From: Perkinsela sp. CCAP 1560/9
Lineage: Eukaryota > Protista > Euglenozoa: Kinetoplastea
Length of the DNA stretch: 64,000 bases
Direction: 5' to 3'
Assembly: GCA_965644495.1 (NCBI GenBank)
Contig: CBFFSA010000019.1
Span: 175,555-239,554 of the forward strand
The notes below the pieces were generated by a model that did not search any database, was not told the DNA's origin, and was given only the letters and a program-made list of their open reading frames with translations. A program made the translations under genes and the position numbers. Below, in pieces: positions 33,996 through 48,782 of this stretch; position 1 is the stretch's first letter, and each line of letters begins with the position of its first letter.

Positions 33996-35404
33996 TTTTT
34001 GCGATTCTCTTCGTTCACAATCGTGTAGCCGCTTTTGGGCGCGCGCGAGAGACGCAACGTGAATCGCAGAAGCAATGGTACATTTTAGGGTATTTTCTTT
34101 GCTGAAATGAAGTCTTTTTGGCCTGTGTAGCAGATGACGTTTTGGCGGCAGAGACGGTGAATGGGTAGATGGCCGTGCGCGTGTCAAATGTAAAAGCCCG
34201 AAAAGTGTACCGCTTTTTAGCGCATCATATCTTAAAATTCAAAATGACGTCAGATTTACCTCTTTCCGCCTGCACGGTGAAGGGGGGTTTTCAGATATCT
34301 CTGGACGCGACGTTTGCATGACTTCCGTGCATGGCGTGCGTCGATTGCGAAACGCCGAACCAGCAAGCTACACCTCCTGAGTGGTCGTGCTTCGCGCGAT
34401 ATTTTCTGTAGAGATAGAGTTTTTCCGTTAGTCAGTATGATTGCGAAACAAAACGTGGGTTTCGCCAGTCCACTTTTTGTCCGTTCTTCCCTGAATCAAA
34501 TCTTAAACAATTTTAACCCTTTCTAATTGATGAGTGTTCTGATCGCTCGTGCTTTGCTCTGATATTTGCTTTGGGCACTCTTTTCCCATGATTTCACTGA
34601 TACTATAAGACTTCCCCTCTTCTAACGCAAGAATTTGTTGTCATCGGACATTCTTTTAGTCAAATCAATGCTTGATTGCACAAGCTTCCTGCATCTCAAG
34701 GGGGGGGGTTGTATTTCTCTATACCTCTTTCACTTTTCACCTGCTCTTCCAAGCAACAGGGTCACAGGGCGCGCGCGTATTGTAATAGTGTGGTGGAAAA
34801 ACGTCGGTTTCACACGAAACTCGCATCCACCGTGCGACCCCATTCCGTGGAGAACGATCTTTGTTTTCTTCGATCGCACTGATTCCGTTAGATGCACAGA
34901 GCGTGATTTCACGTGAATCGAACAATTCCGCGAGATGTTTTACTTGGGGCAAAGCATGGCAGCACATGAACAATGAAAACAGGACGCGCAATGGCGCGGA
35001 ACACCTTCCACGTGACACCTTCCGAAACGCGTTCTGCACAATCCAGGTATAAAACAACGAATTTCTTCGCCCGGCCGTTGCAAAGACCCACCCCTTACCG
35101 ATAGATTTCGTAGCTCTGCTCTAAACGTGAACGCATCGTGCTCAACCTCTCTTCCCGACTATGTCATCGCAAAAATTGTATGTGTCACTTCTGGGCCGTT
35201 CGCATGGGCATGTGTTGGGCACACTCAAACCCCCATTGCATTCATCAATGCGACCTACGGTTGTGAATGTCGCCTTGCTTGGGGGGGGGGGGGATGTAAG
35301 GATCGTTAAGCGAGCGAAATCGGGGAGTTTCCATTATGACATGAATTAGCAAGGTAAAGTGCACCGCTATGGACACACAAAATTCGAGACACACCACGAC
35401 GGAA

Positions 35405-35485
35405 GCGTCCATACCCAAGTGGTTAAGGGGCCTGACTTGAAATCAGGTGTGTTCTCACGCGCAGGTTCGAACCCTGCTGGGCGCG
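35405..35485 (+). tRNA. tRNA-Ser(TGA)
   Basis: Same sequence as the 29451 copy. Confidence 0.95.
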
Positions 35486-36898
35486 TTTTTGCGATTCTCT
35501 TCGTTCACAATCGTGTAGCCGCTTTTGGGCGCGCGCGAGAGACGCAACGTGAATCGCAGAAGCAATGGTACATTTTAGGGTATTTTCTTTGCTGAAATGA
35601 AGTCTTTTTGGCCTGTGTAGCAGATGACGTTTTGGCGGCAGAGACGGTGAATGGGTAGATGGCCGTGCGCGTGTCAAATGTAAAAGCCCGAAAAGTGTAC
35701 CGCTTTTTAGCGCATCATATCTTAAAATTCAAAATGACGTCAGATTTACCTCTTTCCGCCTGCACGGTGAAGGGGGGTTTTCAGATATCTCTGGACGCGA
35801 CGTTTGCATGACTTCCGTGCATGGCGTGCGTCGATTGCGAAACGCCGAACCAGCAAGCTACACCTCCTGAGTGGTCGTGCTTCGCGCGATATTTTCTGTA
35901 GAGATAGAGTTTTTCCGTTAGTCAGTATGATTGCGAAACAAAACGTGGGTTTCGCCAGTCCACTTTTTGTCCGTTCTTCCCTGAATCAAATCTTAAACAA
36001 TTTTAACCCTTTCTAATTGATGAGTGTTCTGATCGCTCGTGCTTTGCTCTGATATTTGCTTTGGGCACTCTTTTCCCATGATTTCACTGATACTATAAGA
36101 CTTCCCCTCTTCTAACGCAAGAATTTGTTGTCATCGGACATTCTTTTAGTCAAATCAATGCTTGATTGCACAAGCTTCCTGCATCTCAAGGGGGGGGGGT
36201 TGTATTTCTCTATACCTCTTTCACTTTTCACCTGCTCTTCCAAGCAACAGGGTCACAGGGCGCGCGCGTATTGTAATAGTGTGGTGGAAAAACGTCGGTT
36301 TCACACGAAACTCGCATCCACCGTGCGACCCCATTCCGTGGAGAACGATCTTTGTTTTCTTCGATCGCACTGATTCCGTTAGATGCACAGAGCGTGATTT
36401 CACGTGAATCGAACAATTCCGCGAGATGTTTTACTTGGGGCAAAGCATGGCAGCACATGAACAATGAAAACAGGACGCGCAATGGCGCGGAACACCTTCC
36501 ACGTGACACCTTCCGAAACGCGTTCTGCACAATCCAGGTATAAAACAACGAATTTCTTCGCCCGGCCGTTGCAAAGACCCACCCCTTACCGATAGATTTC
36601 GTAGCTCTGCTCTAAACGTGAACGCATCGTGCTCAACCTCTCTTCCCGACTATGTCATCGCAAAAATTGTATGTGTCACTTCTGGGCCGTTCGCATGGGC
36701 ATGTGTTGGGCACACTCAAACCCCCATTGCATTCATCAATGCGACCTACGGTTGTGAATGTCGCCTTGCTTGGGGGGGGGGGGGGGGCTGTAAGGATCGT
36801 TAAGCGAGCGAAATCGGGGAGTTTCCATTATGACATGAATTAGCAAGGTAAAGTGCACCGCTATGGACACACAAAATTCGAGACACACCACGACGGAA

Positions 36899-36979
36899 GC
36901 GTCCATACCCAAGTGGTTAAGGGGCCTGACTTGAAATCAGGTGTGTTCTCACGCGCAGGTTCGAACCCTGCTGGGCGCG
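36899..36979 (+). tRNA. tRNA-Ser(TGA)
   Basis: Same sequence as the 29451 copy. Confidence 0.95.
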
Positions 36980-38384
36980 TTTTTGCGATTCTCTTCGTTC
37001 ACAATCGTGTGGCCGCTTTTGGGCGCGCGCGAGAGACGCAACGTGAATCGCAGAAGCAATGGTACATTTTAGGGTATTTTCTTTGCTGAAATGAAGTCTT
37101 TTTGGCCTGTGTAGCAGATGACGTTTTGGCGGCAGAGACGGTGAATGGGTAGATGGCCGTGCGCGTGTCAAATGTAAAAGCCCGAAAAGTGTACCGCTTT
37201 TTAGCGCATCATATCTTAAAATTCAAAATGACGTCAGATTTACCTCTTTCCGCCTGCACGGTGAAGGGGGGTTTTCAGATATCTCTGGACGCGACGTTTG
37301 CATGACTTCCGTGCATGGCGTGCGTCGATTGCGAAACGCCGAACCAGCAAGCTACACCTCCTGAGTGGTCGTGCTTCGCGCGATATTTTCTGTAGAGATA
37401 GAGTTTTTCCGTTAGTCAGTATGATTGCGAAACAAAACGTGGGTTTCGCCAGTCCACTTTTTGTCCGTTCTTCCCTGAATCAAATCTTAAACAATTTTAA
37501 CCCTTTCTAATTGATGAGCGTTCTGATCGCTCGTGCTTTGCTCTGATATTTGCTTTGGGCACTCTTTTCACATGATTTCACTGATACTATAAGACTTCCC
37601 CTCTTCTAACGCAAGAATTTGTTGTCATCGGACATTCTTTTAGTCAAATCAATGCTTGATTGCACAAGCTTCCTGCATCTCAAGGGGGGGTTGTATTTCT
37701 CTATACCTCTTTCACTTTTCACCTGCTCTTCCAAGCAACAGGGTCACAGGGCGCGCGCGTATTGTAATAGTGTGGTGGAAAAACGTCGGTTTCACACGAA
37801 ACTCGCATCCACCGTGCGACCCCATTCCGTGGAGAACGATCTTTGTTTTCTTCGATCGCACTGATTCCGTTAGATGCACAGAGCGTGATTTCACGTGAAT
37901 CGAACAATTCCGCGAGATGTTTTACTTGGGGCAAAGCATGGCAGCACATGAACAATGAAAACAGGACGCGCAATGGCGCGGAACACCTTCCACGTGACAC
38001 CTTCCGAAACGCGTTCTGCACAATCCAGGTATAAAACAACGAATTTCTTCGCCCGGCCGTTGCAAAGACCCACCCCTTACCGATAGATTTCGTAGCTCTG
38101 CTCTAAACGTGAACGCATCGTGCTCAACCTCTCTTCCCGACTATGTCATCGCAAAAATTGTATGTGTCACTTCTGGGCCGTTCGCATGGGCATGTGTTGG
38201 GCACACTCAAACCCCCATTGCATTCATCAATGCGACCTACGGTTGTGAATGTCGCCTTGCTTGGGGGGGGGGGCTGTAAGGATCGTTAAGCGAGCGAAAT
38301 CGGGGAGTTTCCATTATGACATGAATTAGCAAGGTAAAGTGCACCGCTATGGACACACAAAATTCGAGACACACCACGACGGAA

Positions 38385-38465
38385 GCGTCCATACCCAAGT
38401 GGTTAAGGGGCCTGACTTGAAATCAGGTGTGTTCTCACGCGCAGGTTCGAACCCTGCTGGGCGCG
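38385..38465 (+). tRNA. tRNA-Ser(TGA)
   Basis: Same sequence as the 29451 copy. Confidence 0.95.
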
Positions 38466-39871
38466 TTTTTGCGATTCTCTTCGTTCACAATCGTGTGGCC
38501 GCTTTTGGGCGCGCGCGAGAGACGCAACGTGAATCGCAGAAGCAATGGTACATTTTAGGGTATTTTCTTTGCTGAAATGAAGTCTTTTTGGCCTGTGTAG
38601 CAGATGACGTTTTGGCGGCAGAGACGGTGAATGGGTAGATGGCCGTGCGCGTGTCAAATGTAAAAGCCCGAAAAGTGTACCGCTTTTTAGCGCATCATAT
38701 CTTAAAATTCAAAATGACGTCAGATTTACCTCTTTCCGCCTGCACGGTGAAGGGGGGTTTTCAGATATCTCTGGACGCGACGTTTGCATGACTTCCGTGC
38801 ATGGCGTGCGTCGATTGCGAAACGCCGAACCAGCAAGCTACACCTCCTGAGTGGTCGTGCTTCGCGCGATATTTTCTGTAGAGATAGAGTTTTTCCGTTA
38901 GTCAGTATGATTGCGAAACAAAACGTGGGTTTCGCCAGTCCACTTTTTGTCCGTTCTTCCCTGAATCAAATCTTAAACAATTTTAACCCTTTCTAATTGA
39001 TGAGCGTTCTGATCGCTCGTGCTTTGCTCTGATATTTGCTTTGGGCACTCTTTTCACATGATTTCACTGATACTATAAGACTTCCCCTCTTCTAACGCAA
39101 GAATTTGTTGTCATCGGACATTCTTTTAGTCAAATCAATGCTTGATTGCACAAGCTTCCTGCATCTCAAGGGGGGGTTGTATTTCTCTATACCTCTTTCA
39201 CTTTTCACCTGCTCTTCCAAGCAACAGGGTCACAGGGCGCGCGCGTATTGTAATAGTGTGGTGGAAAAACGTCGGTTTCACACGAAACTCGCATCCACCG
39301 TGCGACCCCATTCCGTGGAGAACGATCTTTGTTTTCTTCGATCGCACTGATTCCGTTAGATGCACAGAGCGTGATTTCACGTGAATCGAACAATTCCGCG
39401 AGATGTTTTACTTGGGGCAAAGCATGGCAGCACATGAACAATGAAAACAGGACGCGCAATGGCGCGGAACACCTTCCACATGACACCTTCCGAAACGCGT
39501 TCTGCACAATCCAGGTATAAAACAACGAATTTCTTCGCCCGGCCGTTGCAAAGACCCACCCCTTACCGATAGATTTCGTAGCTCTGCTCTAAACGTGAAC
39601 GCATCGTGCTCAACCTCTCTTCCCGACTATGTCATCGCAAAAATTGTATGTGTCACTTCTGGGCCGTTCGCATGGGCATGTGTTGGGCACACTCAAACCC
39701 CCATTGCATTCATCAATGCGACCTACGGTTGTGAATGTCGCCTTGCTTGGGGGGGGGGGGCTGTAAGGATCGTTAAGCGAGCGAAATCGGGGAGTTTCCA
39801 TTATGACATGAATTAGCAAGGTAAAGTGCACCGCTATGGACACACAAAATTCGAGACACACCACGACGGAA

Positions 39872-39952
39872 GCGTCCATACCCAAGTGGTTAAGGGGCCT
39901 GACTTGAAATCAGGTGTGTTCTCACGCGCAGGTTCGAACCCTGCTGGGCGCG
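39872..39952 (+). tRNA. tRNA-Ser(TGA)
   Basis: Same sequence as the 29451 copy. Confidence 0.95.
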
Positions 39953-41325
39953 TTTTTGCGATTCTCTTCGTTCACAATCGTGTGGCCGCTTTTGGGCGCG
40001 CGCGAGAGACGCAACGTGAATCGCAGAAGCAATGGTACATTTTAGGGTATTTTCTTTGCTGAAATGAAGTCTTTTTGGCCTGTGTAGCAGATGACGTTTT
40101 GGCGGCAGAGACGGTGAATGGGTAGATGGCCGTGCGCGTGTCAAATGTAAAAGCCCGAAAAGTGTACCGCTTTTTAGCGCATCATATCTTAAAATTCAAA
40201 ATGACGTCAGATTTACCTCTTTCCGCCTGCACGGTGAAGGGGGGTTTTCAGATATCTCTGGACGCGACGTTTGCATGACTTCCGTGCATGGCGTGCGTCG
40301 ATTGCGAAACGCCGAACCAGCAAGCTACACCTCCTGAGTGGTCGTGCTTCGCGCGATATTTTCTGTAGAGATAGAGTTTTTCCGTTAGTCAGTATGATTG
40401 CGAAACAAAACGTGGGTTTCGCCAGTCCACTTTTTGTCCGTTCTTCCCTGAATCAAATCTTAAACAATTTTAACCCTTTCTAATTGATGAGTGTTCTGAT
40501 CGCTCGTGCTTTGCTCTGATATTTGCTTTGGGCACTCTTTTCCCATGATTTCACTGATACTATAAGACTTCCCCTCTTCTAACGCAAGAATTTGTTGTCA
40601 TCGGACATTCTTTTAGTCAAATCAATGCTTGATTGCACAAGCTTCCTGCATCTCAAGGGGGGGTTGTATTTCTCTATACCTCTTTCACTTTTCACCTGCT
40701 CTTCCAAGCAACAGGGTCACAGGGCGCGCGCGTATTGTAATAGTGTGGTGGAATTCCGTGGAGAACGATCTTTGTTTTCTTCGATCGCACTGATTCCGTT
40801 AGATGCACAGAGCGTGATTTCACGTGAATCGAAACAATTCGCGAGATTGTTTTACTTGGGGCAAAGCAGGGCAGCACATGAACAATGAAAACAGGACGCG
40901 CAATGGCGCGGAACACCCTTCCACGTGACACCTTCCGAAACGCGTTCTGCACAATCAGGTATAAAACAACGAATTTCTTCGCCCGGCCGTTGCAAAGACC
41001 CACCCCTTACCGATAGATTTTCGTAGCTCTGCTCTAAACGTGAAACGCATCGTGCTCAACCTCTCCTTCCCGACTATGTCATCGCAAAAATTGTATGTGT
41101 CACTTCTGGGCCGTTCGCATGGGCATGTGTTGGGCACACTCAAACCCCCATTGCATTCATCAATGCGACCTACGGTTGTGGAAATGTCGCCTTGCTTGGG
41201 GGGGGGGGGGGGGGCTGTAAGGATCGTTAAGCGAGCGAAATCGGGGAGTTTTCCATTATGACATGAATTAGCAAGGTAAAGTGCACGCTATGGACACACA
41301 AAATTCGAGACACACCACGACGGAA

Positions 41326-41406
41326 GCGTCCATACCCAAGTGGTTAAGGGGCCTGACTTGAAATCAGGTGTGTTCTCACGCGCAGGTTCGAACCGTGCTG
41401 GGCGCG
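41326..41406 (+). tRNA. tRNA-Ser(TGA), T-stem variant (C62G)
   Basis: TTCGAACCGTGC instead of TTCGAACCCTGC, giving a G52:G62 mismatch. Confidence 0.85.
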
Positions 41407-42815
41407 TTTTTGCGATTCTCTTCGTTCACAATCGTGTGGCCGCTTTTGGGCGCGCGCGAGAGACGCAACGTGAATCGCAGAAGCAATGGTACATTTTAGG
41501 GTATTTCTTTGCTGAAATGAAGTCTTTTTGGCCTGTGTAGCAGATGACGTTTTGGCGGCAGAGACGGTGAATGGGTAGATGGCCGTGCGCGTGTCAAATG
41601 TAAAAGCCCGAAAAGTGTACCGCTTTTTAGCGCATCATATCTTAAAATTCAAAATGACGTCAGATTTACCTCTTTCCGCCTGCACGGTGAAGGGGGGTTT
41701 TCAGATATCTCTGGACGCGACGTTTGCATGACTTCCGTGCATGGCGTGCGTCGATTGCGAACGCCGAACCAGCAAGCTACACCTCCTGAGTGGTCGTGCT
41801 TCGCGCGATATTTTCTGTAGAGATAGAGTTTTTCCGTTAGTCAGTATGATTGCGAAACAAAACGTGGGTTTCGCCAGTCCACTTTTTGTCCGTTCTTCCC
41901 TGAATCAAATCTTAAACAATTTTAACCCTTTCTAATTGATGAGCGTTTCTGATCGCTCGTGCTTTGCTCTGATATTTGCTTTGGGGCACTCTTTTCACAT
42001 GATTTCACTGATACTATAAGACTTCCCCTCTTCTAACGCAAGAATTTGTTGTCATCGGACATTCTTTTAGTCAAATCAATGCTTGATTGCACAAGCTTCC
42101 TGCATCTCAAGGGGGGGGGTTGTATTTCTCTACACCTCTTTCACTTTTCACCTGCTCTTCCAAGCAACAGGGTCACAGGGCGCGCGCGTATTGTAATAGT
42201 GTGGTGGAAAAACGTCGGTTTCACACGAAACTCGCATCCACCGTGCGACCCCATTCCGTGGAGAACGATCTTTGTTTTCTTCGATCGCACTGATTCCGTT
42301 AGATGCACAGAGCGTGATTTCACGTGAATCGAACAATTCCGCGAGATGTTTTACTTGGGCAAAGCAGGGCAGCACATGAACAATGAAAACAGGACGCGCA
42401 ATGGCGCGGAACACCTTCCACGTGACACCTTCCGAAACGCGTTCTGCACAATCCAGGTATAAAACAACGAATTTCTTCGCCCGGCCGTTGCAAAGACCCA
42501 CCCCTTACCGATAGATTTCGTAGCTCTGCTCTAAACGTGAACGCATCGTGCTCAACCTCTCTTCCCGACTATGTCATCGCAAAAATTGTATGTGTCACTT
42601 CTGGGCCGTTCGCATGGGCATGTGTTGGGCACACTCAAACCCCCATTGCATTCATCAATGCGACCTACGGTTGTGAATGTCGCCTTGCTTGGGGGGGGGG
42701 GGGGCTGTAAGGATCGTTAAGCGAGCGAAATCGGGGAGTTTCCATTATGACATGAATTAGCAAGGTAAAGTGCACCGCTATGGACACACAAAATTCGAGA
42801 CACACCACGACGGAA

Positions 42816-42896
42816 GCGTCCATACCCAAGTGGTTAAGGGGCCTGACTTGAAATCAGGTGTGTTCTCACGCGCAGGTTCGAACCGTGCTGGGCGCG
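42816..42896 (+). tRNA. tRNA-Ser(TGA), T-stem variant (C62G)
   Basis: Same variant as 41326. Confidence 0.85.
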
Positions 42897-44307
42897 TTTT
42901 TGCGATTCTCTTCGTTCACAATCGTGTGGCCGCTTTTGGGCGCGCGCGAGAGACGCAACGTGAATCGCAGAAGCAATGGTACATTTTAGGGTATTTTCTT
43001 TGCTGAAATGAAGTCTTTTTGGCCTGTGTAGCAGATGACGTTTTGGCGGCAGAGACGGTGAATGGGTAGATGGCCGTGCGCGTGTCAAATGTAAAAGCCC
43101 GAAAAGTGTACCGCTTTTTAGCGCATCATATCTTAAAATTCAAAATGACGTCAGATTTACCTCTTTCCGCCTGCACGGTGAAGGGGGGTTTTCAGATATC
43201 TCTGGACGCGACGTTTGCATGACTTCCGTGCATGGCGTGCGTCGATTGCGAAACGCCGAACCAGCAAGCTACACCTCCTGAGTGGTCGTGCTTCGCGCGA
43301 TATTTTCTGTAGAGATAGAGTTTTTCCGTTAGTCAGTATGATTGCGAAACAAAACGTGGGTTTCGCCAGTCCACTTTTTGTCCGTTCTTCCCTGAATCAA
43401 ATCTTAAACAATTTTAACCCTTTCTAATTGATGAGCGTTCTGATCGCTCGTGCTTTGCTCTGATATTTGCTTTGGGCACTCTTTTCACATGATTTCACTG
43501 ATACTATAAGACTTCCCCTCTTCTAACGCAAGAATTTGTTGTCATCGGACATTCTTTTAGTCAAATCAATGCTTGATTGCACAAGCTTCCTGCATCTCAA
43601 GGGGGGGGGTTGTATTTCTCTACACCTCTTTCACTTTTCACCTGCTCTTCCAAGCAACAGGGTCACAGGGCGCGCGCGTATTGTAATAGTGTGGTGGAAA
43701 AACGTCGGTTTCACACGAAACTCGCATCCACCGTGCGACCCCATTCCGTGGAGAACGATCTTTGTTTTCTTCGATCGCACTGATTCCGTTAGATGCACAG
43801 AGCGTGATTTCACGTGAATCGAACAATTCCGCGAGATGTTTTACTTGGGGCAAAGCAGGGCAGCACATGAACAATGAAAACAGGACGCGCAATGGCGCGG
43901 AACACCTTCCACGTGACACCTTCCGAAACGCGTTCTGCACAATCCAGGTATAAAACAACGAATTTCTTCGCCCGGCCGTTGCAAAGACCCACCCCTTACC
44001 GATAGATTTCGTAGCTCTGCTCTAAACGTGAACGCATCGTGCTCAACCTCTCTTCCCGACTATGTCATCGCAAAAATTGTATGTGTCACTTCTGGGCCGT
44101 TCGCATGGGCATGTGTTGGGCACACTCAAACCCCCATTGCATTCATCAATGCGACCTACGGTTGTGAATGTCGCCTTGCTTGGGGGGGGGGGGGGGCTGT
44201 AAGGATCGTTAAGCGAGCGAAATCGGGGAGTTTCCATTATGACATGAATTAGCAAGGTAAAGTGCACCGCTATGGACACACAAAATTCGAGACACACCAC
44301 GACGGAA

Positions 44308-44388
44308 GCGTCCATACCCAAGTGGTTAAGGGGCCTGACTTGAAATCAGGTGTGTTCTCACGCGCAGGTTCGAACCGTGCTGGGCGCG
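44308..44388 (+). tRNA. tRNA-Ser(TGA), T-stem variant (C62G)
   Basis: Same variant as 41326. Confidence 0.85.
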
Positions 44389-45799
44389 TTTTTGCGATTC
44401 TCTTCGTTCACAATCGTGTGGCCGCTTTTGGGCGCGCGCGAGAGACGCAACGTGAATCGCAGAAGCAATGGTACATTTTAGGGTATTTTCTTTGCTGAAA
44501 TGAAGTCTTTTTGGCCTGTGTAGCAGATGACGTTTTGGCGGCAGAGACGGTGAATGGGTAGATGGCCGTGCGAGTGTCAAATGTAAAAGCCCGAAAAGTG
44601 TACCGCTTTTTAGCGCATCATATCTTAAAATTCAAAATGACGTCAGATTTACCTCTTTCCGCCTGCACGGTGAAGGGGGGTTTTCAGATATCTCTGGACG
44701 CGACGTTTGCATGACTTCCGTGCATGGCGTGCGTCGATTGCGAAACGCCGAACCAGCAAGCTACACCTCCTGAGTGGTCGTGCTTCGCGCGATATTTTCT
44801 GTAGAGATAGAGTTTTTCCGTTAGTCAGTATGATTGCGAAACAAAACGTGGGTTTCGCCAGTCCACTTTTTGTCCGTTCTTCCCTGAATCAAATCTTAAA
44901 CAATTTTAACCCTTTCTAATTGATGAGCGTTCTGATCGCTCGTGCTTTGCTCTGATATTTGCTTTGGGCACTCTTTTCACATGATTTCACTGATACTATA
45001 AGACTTCCCCTCTTCTAACGCAAGAATTTGTTGTCATCGGACATTCTTTTAGTCAAATCAATGCTTGATTGCACAAGCTTCCTGCATCTCAAGGGGGGGG
45101 GTTGTATTTCTCTACACCTCTTTCACTTTTCACCTGCTCTTCCAAGCAACAGGGTCACAGGGCGCGCGCGTATTGTAATAGTGTGGTGGAAAAACGTCGG
45201 TTTCACACGAAACTCGCATCCACCGTGCGACCCCATTCCGTGGAGAACGATCTTTGTTTTCTTCGATCGCACTGATTCCGTTAGATGCACAGAGCGTGAT
45301 TTCACGTGAATCGAACAATTCCGCGAGATGTTTTACTTGGGGCAAAGCAGGGCAGCACATGAACAATGAAAACAGGACGCGCAATGGCGCGGAACACCTT
45401 CCACGTGACACCTTCCGAAACGCGTTCTGCACAATCCAGGTATAAAACAACGAATTTCTTCGCCCGGCCGTTGCAAAGACCCACCCCTTACCGATAGATT
45501 TCGTAGCTCTGCTCTAAACGTGAACGCATCGTGCTCAACCTCTCTTCCCGACTATGTCATCGCAAAAATTGTATGTGTCACTTCTGGGCCGTTCGCATGG
45601 GCATGTGTTGGGCACACTCAAACCCCCATTGCATTCATCAATGCGACCTACGGTTGTGAATGTCGCCTTGCTTGGGGGGGGGGGGGGGCTGTAAGGATCG
45701 TTAAGCGAGCGAAATCGGGGAGTTTCCATTATGACATGAATTAGCAAGGTAAAGTGCACCGCTATGGACACACAAAATTCGAGACACACCACGACGGAA

Positions 45800-45880
45800 G
45801 CGTCCATACCCAAGTGGTTAAGGGGCCTGACTTGAAATCAGGTGTGTTCTCACGCGCAGGTTCGAACCGTGCTGGGCGCG
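45800..45880 (+). tRNA. tRNA-Ser(TGA), T-stem variant (C62G)
   Basis: Same variant as 41326. Confidence 0.85.
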
Positions 45881-47291
45881 TTTTTGCGATTCTCTTCGTT
45901 CACAATCGTGTGGCCGCTTTTGGGCGCGCGCGAGAGACGCAACGTGAATCGCAGAAGCAATGGTACATTTTAGGGTATTTTCTTTGCTGAAATGAAGTCT
46001 TTTTGGCCTGTGTAGCAGATGACGTTTTGGCGGCAGAGACGGTGAATGGGTAGATGGCCGTGCGAGTGTCAAATGTAAAAGCCCGAAAAGTGTACCGCTT
46101 TTTAGCGCATCATATCTTAAAATTCAAAATGACGTCAGATTTACCTCTTTCCGCCTGCACGGTGAAGGGGGGTTTTCAGATATCTCTGGACGCGACGTTT
46201 GCATGACTTCCGTGCATGGCGTGCGTCGATTGCGAAACGCCGAACCAGCAAGCTACACCTCCTGAGTGGTCGTGCTTCGCGCGATATTTTCTGTAGAGAT
46301 AGAGTTTTTCCGTTAGTCAGTATGATTGCGAAACAAAACGTGGGTTTCGCCAGTCCACTTTTTGTCCGTTCTTCCCTGAATCAAATCTTAAACAATTTTA
46401 ACCCTTTCTAATTGATGAGCGTTCTGATCGCTCGTGCTTTGCTCTGATATTTGCTTTGGGCACTCTTTTCACATGATTTCACTGATACTATAAGACTTCC
46501 CCTCTTCTAACGCAAGAATTTGTTGTCATCGGACATTCTTTTAGTCAAATCAATGCTTGATTGCACAAGCTTCCTGCATCTCAAGGGGGGGGGTTGTATT
46601 TCTCTACACCTCTTTCACTTTTCACCTGCTCTTCCAAGCAACAGGGTCACAGGGCGCGCGCGTATTGTAATAGTGTGGTGGAAAAACGTCGGTTTCACAC
46701 GAAACTCGCATCCACCGTGCGACCCCATTCCGTGGAGAACGATCTTTGTTTTCTTCGATCGCACTGATTCCGTTAGATGCACAGAGCGTGATTTCACGTG
46801 AATCGAACAATTCCGCGAGATGTTTTACTTGGGGCAAAGCAGGGCAGCACATGAACAATGAAAACAGGACGCGCAATGGCGCGGAACACCTTCCACGTGA
46901 CACCTTCCGAAACGCGTTCTGCACAATCCAGGTATAAAACAACGAATTTCTTCGCCCGGCCGTTGCAAAGACCCACCCCTTACCGATAGATTTCGTAGCT
47001 CTGCTCTAAACGTGAACGCATCGTGCTCAACCTCTCTTCCCGACTATGTCATCGCAAAAATTGTATGTGTCACTTCTGGGCCGTTCGCATGGGCATGTGT
47101 TGGGCACACTCAAACCCCCATTGCATTCATCAATGCGACCTACGGTTGTGAATGTCGCCTTGCTTGGGGGGGGGGGGGGGCTGTAAGGATCGTTAAGCGA
47201 GCGAAATCGGGGAGTTTCCATTATGACATGAATTAGCAAGGTAAAGTGCACCGCTATGGACACACAAAATTCGAGACACACCACGACGGAA

Positions 47292-47372
47292 GCGTCCATA
47301 CCCAAGTGGTTAAGGGGCCTGACTTGAAATCAGGTGTGTTCTCACGCGCAGGTTCGAACCGTGCTGGGCGCG
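47292..47372 (+). tRNA. tRNA-Ser(TGA), T-stem variant (C62G)
   Basis: Same variant as 41326. Confidence 0.85.
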
Positions 47373-48782
47373 TTTTTGCGATTCTCTTCGTTCACAATCG
47401 TGTGGCCGCTTTTGGGCGCGCGCGAGAGACGCAACGTGAATCGCAGAAGCAATGGTACATTTTAGGGTATTTTCTTTGCTGAAATGAAGTCTTTTTGGCC
47501 TGTGTAGCAGATGACGTTTTGGCGGCAGAGACGGTGAATGGGTAGATGGCCGTGCGAGTGTCAAATGTAAAAGCCCGAAAAGTGTACCGCTTTTTAGCGC
47601 ATCATATCTTAAAATTCAAAATGACGTCAGATTTACCTCTTTCCGCCTGCACGGTGAAGGGGGGTTTTCAGATATCTCTGGACGCGACGTTTGCATGACT
47701 TCCGTGCATGGCGTGCGTCGATTGCGAAACGCCGAACCAGCAAGCTACACCTCCTGAGTGGTCGTGCTTCGCGCGATATTTTCTGTAGAGATAGAGTTTT
47801 TCCGTTAGTCAGTATGATTGCGAAACAAAACGTGGGTTTCGCCAGTCCACTTTTTGTCCGTTCTTCCCTGAATCAAATCTTAAACAATTTTAACCCTTTC
47901 TAATTGATGAGCGTTCTGATCGCTCGTGCTTTGCTCTGATATTTGCTTTGGGCACTCTTTTCACATGATTTCACTGATACTATAAGACTTCCCCTCTTCT
48001 AACGCAAGAATTTGTTGTCATCGGACATTCTTTTAGTCAAATCAATGCTTGATTGCACAAGCTTCCTGCATCTCAAGGGGGGGGGTTGTATTTCTCTACA
48101 CCTCTTTCACTTTTCACCTGCTCTTCCAAGCAACAGGGTCACAGGGCGCGCGCGTATTGTAATAGTGTGGTGGAAAAACGTCGGTTTCACACGAAACTCG
48201 CATCCACCGTGCGACCCCATTCCGTGGAGAACGATCTTTGTTTTCTTCGATCGCACTGATTCCGTTAGATGCACAGAGCGTGATTTCACGTGAATCGAAC
48301 AATTCCGCGAGATGTTTTACTTGGGGCAAAGCAGGGCAGCACATGAACAATGAAAACAGGACGCGCAATGGCGCGGAACACCTTCCACGTGACACCTTCC
48401 GAAACGCGTTCTGCACAATCCAGGTATAAAACAACGAATTTCTTCGCCCGGCCGTTGCAAAGACCCACCCCTTACCGATAGATTTCGTAGCTCTGCTCTA
48501 AACGTGAACGCATCGTGCTCAACCTCTCTTCCCGACTATGTCATCGCAAAAATTGTATGTGTCACTTCTGGGCCGTTCGCATGGGCATGTGTTGGGCACA
48601 CTCAAACCCCCATTGCATTCATCAATGCGACCTACGGTTGTGAATGTCGCCTTGCTTGGGGGGGGGGGGGGCTGTAAGGATCGTTAAGCGAGCGAAATCG
48701 GGGAGTTTCCATTATGACATGAATTAGCAAGGTAAAGTGCACCGCTATGGACACACAAAATTCGAGACACACCACGACGGAA

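Noticed and set aside
40750-42360. Numerous 1-bp indels as a biologically degenerate unit
   Set aside because: Mostly homopolymer and single-base indels confined to one stretch, typical of low-coverage long-read consensus error.
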